Shown one piece after another: positions 1 through 12,390 of a stretch of DNA of 64,000 bases. The stretch covers positions 49,726,001 through 49,790,000 of the forward strand of contig NC_045696.1 of NCBI RefSeq assembly GCF_009834535.1. Reading direction: 5' to 3'. The stretch comes from Camelus ferus. Its lineage: Eukaryota. The notes beneath the pieces were generated by a model that saw nothing but the letters and a program-made list of their open reading frames with translations, was not told the origin of the DNA and ran no database searches. Numbering within the stretch: the first letter of the stretch is position 1; the number at the start of each line of letters is the position of its first letter. Made by a program: the position numbers and the translations under genes.

Positions 1-3000
1 GATCATCAACCCATCTACATGTATCTAATGGATAATAATTATTTTGTTCAAACATGTAGATCTTTAAATGACAAAGAACATGATACAATGAGCAAAGGAT
101 GGCAATCTATTTGCCACTATGTTTATTTGCAAAAAAGAAAAAGAAAACAGTAAGGGTACTGTGTCTACTAACAGAATTTTGGTTTTATTTGTTTTTTCTT
201 CTCTGCGCTGATATAAAATCTTGAATGTGGAGGAAGAGTTTAAAGGAGCAGAGTTTAGGAAGCCAGGTTGCATGAGTGGGAGACGAGAAAGTTCTATGGG
301 AATGGACATTGAGACAGTGGGAAGGTCCAGGCGTACGGGTGCTTGCAGAAACTGCATGGGAGGTGACATTTGAAGAAGAGAGGATCTGGGAATATTTGCT
401 GGGAGGAGGTGTTTACCAGTGGGCATGAGGTTGTGTGGAGAGGTGTGGCTTCTTTGCAGAGATTCAGGAGGCTGAAGAGGGTTTAGTGATGAAAGGAAGT
501 ATTTCTGGAAAAGGAGGGTGTGTTTGCAAAGGCAGATTGACAGGATGGGGGGTTTAACTAAGGATGGTGTTTGGATAACGGAGGGTGGGGAGAACAGGCT
601 GCTTTTGGATTTCTGAAATCAGAATATTGCTGGAGAAGGGAGTGGTTGTTCCTGAAGCTTCTCATTAGCGCCCTTCCCACCTCGTCATGTTTTCATGTTG
701 GGATTAGTGGAAAAAGAGGGAGGTTCTTCTGTCCGTTTGGACATCTGAAACAGATTTCTTATTCAGTCCTCTAAAAGCTTCTTCTCTCAGACCCCAGTGG
801 TCACCACAGTAGGTGCCTTCCCCATCCCGCAAATGGCACTGCTCCTGACACACTGCTCTAAGCTGGTGTCTGAATTCAATTACATGTCATCAGTACATGC
901 TTGAAAACATTGCCATATCATAAACATCAGTGCTGAGAGAGACCAGCCTGTGGACCACCAGTGTGCTGCGAGAGCTTGAAACCCCAGGCATCGAACACTG
1001 TCCGTGACAAGTTGTGCTCCCAGAGCCAGCACCTCCACTCTGAGTCACCCTTGTGGGGCATGGTAGAGACTCAAACTTTTTTATAAAGGGGAAATTTTAA
1101 CCTAAACCCTCCTGACTTCATTTTGAGATTATTTTTCCTGAATTTGCTCCTTTAATCTACATTCATCTCCTTTTCCTAGCAGTATGAAAAGATTTCCACT
1201 TTTCTTTCACTTGCTTTGGCAGTCTCCCTTTGATCAATTCCTGCTATATTGGATTATCCTAAGAACCATTTGTGCATGGCTGCATGGCAAGGAAAAGTGA
1301 CAAGTAATGTGTTAAGTAATTGGCATAAATTACGTGGAAAACTGGATTTATATAAACAGGCTAGACTGTAAGTCCCTTTCCTCTAACAAAACACACGCAG
1401 CACAGCACAGCAAATAGTTCTTTAATTTCTTTGTTTTTTAAAACCTTTGCTCCCTGGGTGTGTTTTCATTATCTGGAAACCAAGATCAGTACAGCTCTGG
1501 CCATCACAGTGCCCTGAATTCACTGTTGGTGGCTTACAGTGTGGATGGGGTTAGTGTCACTGTGGTGTTATTTGGTACAAACGGAGCCAGAGAATTATAT
1601 TTTAAAACAGATGCCAGCATTGTGCCAAAGAGAAAAGAATCTGCCAAGAAACTTTTCAGCGTGATCCTTGAGATAGTTTTTCAAGTAATTTTTTTCTCAA
1701 GGGGAAACATGCTGCCTGTCCATGGTACCTCCCAGAGAGCTCTGAATGACGCCTGGTGTTTTCTAATTGACAGTGAGATGATGTACATTTCAGGTGATAA
1801 AACAACCAGCGCTCTGGAGGGATTAAATTTATGGATTGGAAAGTCAGCCCAAACGTTTCAACACACATTAGCTTCTTTCCTGTTTAGACTTCCCGGCGTG
1901 TCCCTTCTCTCAGATGGGCACCAGACGCCTCCTGCCGGCTCCACGCCCGGTTCTGTTTCTGTGCAGATGCTCCGCAGGGTATGGGGCCACGAAGGCCCTT
2001 GGGGCTGTTTTCCTTCCACAATAACAAAGTGCAGTGATTTTATAATTTCCCGGAGACTTCTTTTTGTTTACATGAAATGTACAGGAAACCAAAAGTAAAC
2101 ACACCAGTGGAGATCAAGAGGCCGGGCTGGAAACGCTGGAGTCTTCCTCACCTCCTCTCTTACACGTGTTAACACAGACCCCTCTCCCTGCCGCCCTCCC
2201 TCATGTCTGTCACTTTGACCTCCCACCATCACCTTCCTCTTCTTTCTTTTCCTGAACTCCACTGCAGTGTCTGCTGCATTCTGTCTGCAGTGCTCCATCA
2301 CCGCCCCTCTCCCTCACTGCTGGGGAGTGGAACCCAGTCTCCCCCGTCGCCTTCTCTCCCCTCCTGCCTCTGCTATCCTTGCCTTTCCGCTCATCCTCAT
2401 TCCGAGCGTGTCCCTGGTTACTGCTCTACATTTCCCTATGCTTGTCCCGTCTCTCCGCCTCCCCTCACATGATCTCACCAGCAGTGAAAAGAACACCCAG
2501 GAAGTCGGGAAGGAGAAGAGGTATCACCAGCCATTATCGTCACTCCTAGGGTCAGAAAGGCCACCTGTGTGATTCTCCACCTTTTGAGTTGAATTGATTT
2601 GTGGGATTAAGAGATCTCAAATTGAGACAAGTGTACATACATATGCACTCAACTATGGCTGGTAAACTAAGCTTCTGGAAAGTGAGTGAATTCCATATTT
2701 GTACTTGATGATACACCTTTAAATGTGCAACCTTTTACACGTCCTTAACAAACTCCACAAGGTTGAACTGAAAAACTGGGGTATCAGACATGACTGTCTT
2801 GTAAACCATTCTCTGGAATGTACTTCCATTCCGAATCATCTGTAGCTTTCTTTTGCATCTCTGTAGTAGAGAAACGTTGCATGGCTGTTTCTTAGATGTG
2901 GCTTATTATTTACAAATGTCCTGCCCGTCTCTTCCCTGGAGATTGTAGAACTGCTCTTCTTTCAGCCAGTGCTCTGGTGGAATATTTTTGTGTTGTATTT

Positions 3001-4134
3001 TGTTTGGCCAACAAAACTGCATTAGCAGTTATACTTTTTGATTAAAAAAAGTGTGAGGAAGAGGGGGGAACCAAGTGTTGCCACCCTGTAGGGTTGTAGT
3101 TTGACCCTCTGTAGTTTTATTGGCCCAAATGAAGAGGGAACAGAGTTTGGTAATGTTTCATTTGGGTGCTTAAGTAGCATTTGCAACTGCAAACAGATTG
3201 AAATATATTAATCCACTTTATCATCTAAATTGACATTGGTGTCTCATATTGCTGGGTCAAAAATTGAACTTTTAAGTATCCATTTCAACATGAGGTACCA
3301 TTAGAGTAAATTCTGTACCATTTGAGTAAATCTTGAAAATCCAGAGTTGGGCTCAGTGCTCAGCTTTTGACTTTTGTTTGGCAACATCTGCTCTGGCTTC
3401 CTTCCTGGATTGCTGTCTCTGCACCTGGTGGGAAAACCTCTTCTGTCTAACTTCGTTCTGTTTCCCATTTTGTACGCATTAGCTTATAACTGAAATCTTC
3501 CACACTACTTGACTTTAATTCTTTTCTTGTCTATTCTGACATCTTACTTGTGGATTTCCCTTTGTATCCTTGTCTGAAATGTCCCAAATGGTTGGAAGAT
3601 TGCTGTCCAATTTAAATTGCACTTAAGATAGGCATAGGCTTGGACCCCAGAGAGCATGTTTACATGGTTATTAAACATAGAAAATAACTGTTCCCTTTTC
3701 CTACACAATTTTTGTTATTAATTCTGTCAGAGACAGGGTGCTTGCCGAATAGACCACAGTCTGACCTCAGATGGGCTTGGGATTTTGTTTATGTCCTTAA
3801 CACCACAAAATTTTAGGTATGAAGATAGCTTTATGCTATCATTGGATAATACCCATCAGATTCTTTTTCCTTCAGTGGGACTTAACATCATTGTCATTTC
3901 TTTCTATCATAACTTCCCCAGGCTACCACTCTCACCGGATTAGCCCCGCTCTGTGCTCCTTTACCAATCTGTCAATAAATCCTGTTACAGCAGGTGTCAC
4001 ACTGTACAGCATTGATTCACATGTGTGTTTTCCCTTTGGACTGTAAGCTGTGTAAAGGCAGGAAATGATGTCTTTGACCACAAACTTTCCAGGGCCTAGC
4101 TCAAAGCCTGGTTTATAGTAGGCACTTAGTGAAG

Positions 4135-4480
4135 ATTAGCACCTTCATAGTAACAAACAACCCCCAAATCTCGGTGGCTTAAGACAATCTTGGGTTGGCA
4201 AAGGCCCCGTTCCACGCTGTCCTCGCTGCGGGAGGTAGGAAAAGGAAGGCCCTAAAGACTCGGATGCAGGCTAGTCATTGCAGCAGGGGATGAGATGGTG
4301 ACTCATGCTCCAGCCCGTGCTGTTTCAGCTTGCAACCGACATGCCACTTTCTCTCCTGTTTCCTTGATCAAAGCAAGGGACATAGCCACACCTAATGTCA
4401 TGGGGACGAGGAAGGACAGCACTGCTAACGTTTCTGAAAGGAGAGAACAGGAATGACAGTGAGCAGCGCTAACGTCTGGT
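4135..4480 (-). mobile_element. MLT1-type (ERVL-MaLR) LTR relic, next to an L2 3' tail at about 4040-4135
   Basis: Diagnostic blocks gtaacaaacaacccccaaatctcggtggcttaa and agcaagggacatagccacacctaa; boundaries approximate. Confidence 0.6.
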
Positions 4481-5635
4481 AAACCAGTGTCTGACACACG
4501 GCAGGCACTTAGTACCCAGCTAGTGAATGAAGTGCCTCCAACTACCTGTTAGGGTTTTAATTTTTTTTTTCTATACAATAAACAATCACCTCAAATAATG
4601 AACTAATCTAATAACTACATTTAAAAATGAACATACTAATATTACCTGACTATATTCAGCTGTCATCTGGAGACTTTGGGTAACCATTGTTCACCTTGCT
4701 CATATTAGGGAAGGTGTTATGTTTGATTGGTGTTATGTTTGATTGTGTAGTTTTTCAGAGGCAAAAAGTATGGAATGGCAAACTCACATAATTATAATTC
4801 TTGCCTCAGTCATTTAGAAGATCTGGAAAAACTGTTAAAGTCTTCAGATATTTACATATTAAGCTGGTCTGATCAAGAAGTTCTTTAAAGTAACCTTTTT
4901 TGGAAGAGTTCATATCTGGCTCAAAAACTGGACAAGAGTTAGGGAAAATGAGAGTGTAATCCACCTAAAAATAAAGTATCAGTACAGATTGTCTGCTAGT
5001 ATTTTACACTAATCTTTTTTTCTTAATTGTCAAGGTAAAAACAATTTTTTAAAAATGATCCCTTTTTTTGTAAGTAATGCATGACACTGGCCTGGCTTTG
5101 CACTGCAAGCTGTTGGTCAAGATATAGTCACATATCTGTGGCTGCAGGTTCTTCTGCAAGATCCACAGTTCAGACACAGACCCAGAGCCGCGGAGGGCGG
5201 GAGGGGCAGGAGGGCGGTGGAGTGTGGACTGTCCCCAACCTTGGCCTCTCCGTGTTGGGGTGGCGAAGGCCGACATCCCCCACGGAATGACAAGCAGTTG
5301 GTGACATGGCCCTCCCCACAGCCAGCCTGGGGCTGCTAGGAGACGGCCCTTCAGAGCCTTTGGGCCAGGCCAGCCTACCTAGGCCCACACCTTTTCATCT
5401 GGATTTTTTAATAAAAAAACAATGAATTAAAAGTAAGCAACAGCTTGGTCCTGAGGCTGCTGAGCCAGCACATCCACAGTTTTTGGCACAAATACACTGT
5501 ATAAAATGTGGAAAATACAAACTAGTTTGAGAAAGGTGAATTAAAAATCACTGGCAATACTACCACCTGGTAAAACCACTGCCAACTTTGTGGTGTGATC
5601 TCTTTCATCCCGTTGTTGCTGTTCTTGGAGAACAG

Positions 5636-5850
5636 GCAGATGGACAAGGGAGGAGAGGATATTGGCTTGAATGGGGGCTAACAGTGGAAATGGCAAGAAA
5701 TGATCAGATTGAGAATATATTTTAAGGACAATGTTAATAGGATTTGTTGATGGATAAAATGGAGGAGGAGGTAATAGAGGAGTGAAGGAGATGGTGGAGG
5801 GAGAGGAGATCAGTGATGACTCGCAGGACTTTGGCTTGAACATCTGTGTA
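5636..5850 (-). mobile_element. L2 LINE fragment
   Basis: Purine-rich gagaatatattttaagg...aggatttgttgatggata...gatgactcgcaggactttggcttga matches the reverse strand of the L2 3' region. Confidence 0.6.
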
Positions 5851-8011
5851 AACCACGTGTATAGGTGGGCGTGTGTATGAGAAGGCTGCACTCACTGCAT
5901 ATATGGTTTTTTAAATTTACTAAACATTATATGAATGTACTTTTTAATGCTATAAAATATACCTCAAAATAAGATTTCAAAGGGTTTACTATTCACTCAT
6001 ATAATGTACTGTAGCTTAACTTTCTCCCTATTGTTGGACAATTAGGGTGTTCCCCCCCATAATAAATAACAGAGTAATGTTCTCAGGATCCACGAATATC
6101 CTTGTTTCCTCAATTCAAAAATATTTAACTTGAGGGAATTGGTCAAGATTTGCTGGAATTTCATCACGGCAAACCAACGTGTGATAAAGTTAGCTGGGAA
6201 TAGAAGGAACCAAGACTGAAGGTCATCTTGGTTTCAGTCCTCCAAGAGGGCATGGTGAGATAAATCTCAAGTCAGGCTGGTGCTGCTCTCAAGGTCAGAC
6301 TTGGTAGTGCTCAGAGGGACACTTGTCTCGGTGGCAGAGATGGTCCTATCTCTAAATAATGAAAGACCTCGCAAGAGCCAGAGGGCAGGGCCAGATCCCA
6401 GCAGGGAGGCAATTCTAAAGGAGAATCTCAGTTTTTTTGAGGTTCACTTCAAAAGATAACCACGCTTTTATCCATCAGGGCAGGGCTTTGGGTGGATGGG
6501 GAGGACCCCGAGGCAGAGCTTGTCGGGGAAAGCTGCAGCCTTGTGGGGTGTGAGGACTCGGCCCATCTCTAGAATTAAGCAGCCAAACTGTTTTTTGGTC
6601 CCATTCTGTGGATAAGAAGCAGTTCTTTCTTAGGCTGTTTTCATTTGCCCAGGAACCTGTGAGACTGAACAAGCAAGGTGAAGGTCCTCTCTCTGTGTCT
6701 GGGAGGGAGTGGGGAAGGTGTGGCTGACATTGAAGACTCCATGTTCATTGAGTGTCTCACCTGTGGGACGGTGGGAGTCAGGAGGCGTTGGAGATAAGAG
6801 GAGAAGCACTAGACGTAACCCTCCTCTTTAAACGTGTGTCTTAGTTACAGAAACAAGCTCATTCTGATGCTGATTACTAACCATAAGTGCTACAGTTTAT
6901 ATATGGTCCAGAGATGTGGTAACTAGTGTCTCAGGTGCCTAAGGAGATGGAGGATGTTCTTAGCGGTACCTGAGTTCAATGAGAATGTGTAAATTGTGTT
7001 TGCACTTTGATGATAATCTAAAGAAGATATTTTTATCAGTTTGAAATATAAGCATTCACATTTGCAGTGATAATTTATAATTAAAGGACATTTTCATAGA
7101 CTAAAACTTTAGTTCTTAAGTTAAATTGTTCAAACTAGGGTCTAAAGCATATTCTTATGGGTGCGTCCATTTAAAAAATTTTTTTTCATCATGGATTATA
7201 TAATCCTAATCTCAACCTCAAAGAATGGGTGGGTTCAGATGGGTGCAAAAGAGGGAGAAAGTTGTTTCTGTGAGAGGACTTAAGTCAAGGATGAGCATGG
7301 TGCCTTTGGGGTGCCTGGGAACTTGAAGGGGACATCAGTTTCAGGTTTTTAAATATTCCACCCTAACCCTGATCTGGCAGTAACCTGGGGAACACTCTTT
7401 CCTCTACTAATACCTGCCTTTCTCTAATGGGTGCAGGAGCTTTAAGTCTTTGTTGAGAAGGGAAGGTACTCTCATAGCCCTTTCTAAAGAACCATCTTCT
7501 AACCCTCATGTTATTGATTAGTGACTAACATGAAATTTTTTTATCTGCTAGAATGTGAATTTAGTTTCCTCAGGACTTTACTTCTAAGCAGTTAATGACT
7601 CTAACAGAGACATCTAAGGAAGGGCCACTGCATCATCCCTTTGGGTATTTGCTAGGTTCTCAGGAAGCAGGGGGTCCTCCAAGGACTAGAACAGAGGGAC
7701 ATGGTCTGTTTTAGGTACCAGACTCATCTTGCACCGGTAACTGGTTGGGGATTTGTTCCTCTCAAATATCATTAATGTCCCCTTGAGTTATTTTTCTTTT
7801 GTATAAAAAAAATCCCAGATTAGTGATCTTTATTTGTCTTCATTTTGCAGTACAGCTTTACTAGGTTTCTTACTAAAACAGCATTTGTGTTTTTTAATCA
7901 CATCAGGTCAGACTGCAAGGCTATTTGTCCTGATGAACAAATAGATCTTCATTGTTAAGTGAAGTTCTCTCTCTCTCTCTTTTCTTTTTCTTTACAGATT
8001 CCAACAAGATT

Positions 8012-9346
8012 ATGGCAGAGCAGAGCCACATGCAAAAGCAGCTGGATTTACAGAATGGTAGCTTAGAGGCAGACTTTGCAGCGAATTTCCTAGAGAACGA
8101 TTCGCAAAACATGATGGAGAGCCTGAGCCCAAAGAAATATTCTTCCAGTCTGAGATTTAAAGCCAATGGAGACTATTCTGGTTCCTATTTAACCCTCTCA
8201 CAACCTGTGCCCACTAAAAGAAGTCCTTCTCCTTTGGGAACCAGTGTCAGAAGTAGCCCCTCTGTGGCCAAAATCCAGGGAGCCAAGCAGTTCTCTTGCG
8301 ATGGAACTGACAAAAGTATTTCTATGAAACCTCCCACTCCTTTACTTAGCACTTCGCCCTCTCTCAGTGGATATCCACTTGGGAGAGCGGACTTCGATCA
8401 TTTTACTGGCCGGGACCCTGAAAGGTCCTTGAGGCTCACAGAGAAGCCTCCCTATTCCAAATATAGCTCAAGGAATAAATCCCACGACAATGTCTACTTT
8501 CTGGGAGGGCTGGAAGGCCGAAAAACGTCTGGCTCGCTCCTGACCATGTGGAACGGAAGTTCCCTGAGTGATGCTGGCTCCTCGCCCATCAGCAGGTCAG
8601 GGGCGGCAAGCATGCCTTCGAGCCCAAAGCAAGCCAGGAAAATAAGCATCCAGGACAACCTGACACTTCAGCCCAAGTTGACCAGACACAAGGAGCCGGC
8701 TTCTGAAAACATCAGTTTAAGAACCAGGAAGTATTCGAGCAGCAGCCTGAGTCACATGGGTGCCTACAGCCGATCTCTCCCCAGGTTGCACAGGGCCACA
8801 GAGAACCAACTGACGCCTCTCAGTTTGCCTCCAAGAAGCTCTCTGGGCAACTCCAAACGAACAAAACTGGGGGAAAAGGATCTACCTCATAGCATCATAG
8901 ACAATGACAATTACCTGAATTTTTCTTCTTTGAGCTCAGGAGCTTTACCCTATAAAACCCCCGCACCTGAGGGCAGTCCTTATGTGAGTTCCACCCTCAG
9001 CATCCCTGCCAGTCCTCGAGTGGCTCGGAAGATGCTTCTGGCCTCCACCTCCTCCTGTACCTCTGATGACCTTGACAGGGCTTCCTACTCAGGGACCAGC
9101 CCGGGTCAATCATTTCCTCCCGGAGAGCTGGACAGAGTGTGTGCGGCCAGGAGGAATTTCTCGTGTGGATCTGTTGAGTTTGATGATGCAGACCTGGACA
9201 GCCTCAGACAGGCCTCAGGAACCCCCCAGCCAGTCCTTCGGGAACGGAAAAGCAGCATTAGCTCCATTTCGGGACGAGACGACCTGATGGATTATCACCG
9301 GCGGCAGAGGGAGGAGAGACTCAGGGAGCAGGAGATGGAGCGATTG
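8012..9346 (+). CDS. PHLDB2: PHLDB2 exon 2 (first coding exon, 445 codons; exon starts at 7998)
   Basis: Polypyrimidine tract and tttacag| acceptor (AG 7996-7997), ATG at 8012 (attATGg), Ser/Pro-rich protein MAEQSHMQKQLDLQNGSLE...RQREERLREQEMERL recognisable as the LL5-beta N-terminus; donor TTG|gtaatc at 9347, phase 0. Confidence 0.96.
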
Positions 9347-12204
9347 GTAATCTTCTTCATCTCACTTAACCTCACTGTTTCATTGAACAGCTTCTTGGAG
9401 ACAAACTCCAAGGATATATATGGGCGTGTAGAATTTCCATATGCACTAGCCAGGTGTCCCTTCCCAGATTTCCTCCTGCTAACCTTCCTCTTCCCAGATC
9501 ACTATTATTGGTCACGTGGATATTTTGAAGGCCTGCATGTACCTCATGTTACATTAATCGCTATAAAGATGTCTCACAAGTACAAATTCTTGATAAATCT
9601 AACTAAGGCAGTTGTGAATTTTACTGAATTTCTTTGAAAGTCTTATGAACTTTTCTTTTAAAACTATGAGAAAACACTGATTTGTATTATTTATATCATC
9701 AAATTGGCATGTATACGATAAAATACAATCAGTAAAATCACAACTCACTAGAAATTAGGCAGTAAATTTTTCTGTGTAGCAAGTTATTTGGAAAGTTGAA
9801 AGGTTGCCCCAATGGTGCATAAGCTTTCTTCTGCACAGCACATACACGCACCATATTCCTTTCAGACATGTCTTAATAGGTACAGTGACTCCAAACCACA
9901 CAGATGCAAAAAAAAAAATTATTGAGTTGCCTGTGGATTTATGCTTACTGTAAAAAAATTTTTGAAAATAGTAAGAAAAGAGGAAACAGAAGAGTCCTAC
10001 TAACAAATGAGAACAAACTGCTGCATTTTTCTGTGCCCTTTGCTTTTAAGCATATGTTTTTTAGGAAGAATACCTGTTAGATTATTTTGACTCATTAGTG
10101 ATTAATGATTTCCTTAATGAGGGAAGTGGCAGAATGGTAAACCTGATTTACAGAAGTATAGGGGTGTCAAAGGTATTTTAGAAGGTATGCTGGAATAAGA
10201 TTTCTGAATCACATGCAAAACTAGTTAATGCCCTACAGGACAATAAAATTGTAGCCTTTGGCTTATAATGAACGGAAGTTTTTTCCATCTATACAAGACA
10301 GTATTTGCTTGAATTTTTAGAAAAAGATTTATTTGCATCACTCACATTTTGATAGGTTAATGTCCATCCTTACAAAGTTTCCAAATATCCTAATCGATAA
10401 TAGTGAATGAAAACAGATGTGTGTACCGCTAGAGGATTGGGTGGGTATGTTAGATGGTGTTCCAGTATGAGAATTCCTTTGTTATCATAAATAGTCTCCA
10501 AAGATTTTCATGGTCACAAAAAGGCATTATATTTGGGCTTGATTCATTGGCGTAGGTTAGAAATAGTTTTAATTAGTATATAAAAGCCTTCTTTTAGATG
10601 GATAGCAGATCTAGTGCTATACTGTGCTGAACAGTTACCATTAATAAAGCCAGAGAACTGACTTCTAGATGATGATTGATTAAGGAATCTAGGAGGGCAT
10701 TTGAGTGACTTTCATCACTCCAGAGGTCTTCCTTAAATGCTTTTATTTACTTTTCAAAGGATAGGAAACCATACTTTAAGTTCATATCCATTGGGTTTCA
10801 TCTTTAACACTTAAAAGTATTGGTGAATTTTTCTTTCCTCTAGTTTTCTCAAATCTTCTAAGGTTCCTGGTAATCCAGGAAGTGACCTTCCTTACTGCCT
10901 GTAAGGTTGGTGCCCTGTTAGCTACAAACAGATCCTAGTTCAACCTCTTGAGAGAGCTTTGTGGGTATTAGCTCCAGATATGAGGTTATAGCTCTTTTTC
11001 CTTAATAAGGGGCTTGTCATATTTGATGAAATGGGGCTTATTTTTAAATAAGGCGCTCTAGCTTTGGCTTCTGTTGTGTAGTCTGTTTGTCTGATTACAT
11101 CCCAGTAAAAGGGAGGACAGATTCTTACTGAGCCCATGCAAATAATGTTCTTGCCATGAAAAAGTAAAGTGACTCAGAAAAAATATTTCTTCCTGAATTG
11201 TGAGGGACCAAGGAGAACAAGCTACCATTAGAAGAATGTTTCATTTAGTTTTGCGAAATTGGAGTCAACTAAGTTTAGGGTTAGAGATAGATCAAGATGA
11301 ACGCTGAAAGGGTATTTCCCCACCAGAAAATACAACATTAAAAATGATGCCAATAATTTTCCAAAACACATATTCACATAGAGAAATTAGATTTCTGGTA
11401 TCAGTTCAAACATCTCTATGTAATTAATTGTTCTTCTAATCTTGGGTCATTAATTTGATTTCATGAAGTCATCTATTTCTGGACTGAAAGAAGTCCTGAA
11501 AATTTGATTTAGCTTAAGCGTAGGACTGTCTCATACTTGTCTATGTAATGTCAGCTCTTCTTTCAGCCTCTCTCCATGAGTCTGTTCTCCAAAATAGCGA
11601 GTGAAGAGGGCCTGGTAAAGTTCTATCCACAGGCTCTGAGACTGTCTTTCTGTGTTAAAGACATTCTGCTCTGTAACGTAAGCAGGGTCTTTAGGCAAGC
11701 ATGAGAGGAAAGCTGAGACTACTTGGTGAGGATAAGAGTAAGTGGCTCTGCTTAATCTGTGGTTAATTGAACCAACAGTATAAGCCAGAAGGAGAATTAA
11801 ACAGAGTCTGCTGTGAGTATTGCTACCCCAGCTTTCTTATCCTTTCCATTTCCATGAAATATCTTTTTCCATCCTCTCACTTTCAGTCTGTGTGTGACTT
11901 CAGCTCTGAAGTGAGTCTCTTGTAGGCAGCATAATGCTGAGTGAAGCGTTTAGTCCACTGACATTTAAAGTGACTCTGGATAGGTATGTACTCATTGCCA
12001 TTTTGTTACTTGTTTTCTGGTTGTTTTGTAGTTATTTTCTGTTCTTTTCTTCTTTTAGTTTCTTCCTTTGTAGTTTGATAATTTTCTTTAATGGTATGGT
12101 TGTGTTCCTTTCTTTTCAGTTTTGTGTATCTACTGTAGGTTTTTGATTTGTGGTTACCATGGGGTTCATATATGTTTGACCTATAGCTTTATCTACTTGT
12201 CTTA

Positions 12205-12390
12205 TTTTATTTATTTGCTTTTTGTGGGGGTGGGGAGGTGATTAGATTCATTCATTCATTTATTTATGTATGTATGTATGTATGTATGTATGTATGTATG
12301 TATGTATGTTTAATAGAGGTACTGGGGATTGAACCTGAGACCTTGTGCATGCTAGGCATGCACTCTACTGCTGAGCTACGCCCTCCCCCC
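12205..12390 (-). mobile_element. tRNA-derived SINE of camelid type (Vic-1-like) inserted in the L1
   Basis: Sense strand ggggagggcgTAGCTCAGcagtagagtgcatgcctagcatgcacaaggtctcaGGTTCAATCCccagtacctc (A and B boxes); target-site duplication atctacttgt(c/t)tta at 12191-12204 and 12391-12404. Confidence 0.88.
12265..12308. repeat. (TATG)11 microsatellite inside the SINE
   Basis: Read directly. Confidence 0.97.

Noticed and set aside
1460..2098. 212-aa + strand ORF
   Set aside because: GTG start, no recognisable domain, intronic composition, no convincing exon structure; likely a chance ORF.
7952..8011. N-terminal extension of the 561-aa ORF (MLSEVLSLSLFFFF...)
   Set aside because: Starts at a TTG inside intron 1 and translates the polypyrimidine tract; the acceptor is at 7997 and the ATG at 8012.
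12315..12390. tRNA-like sequence on the minus strand
   Set aside because: It is the head of a SINE with tail and TSD, not a tRNA gene.
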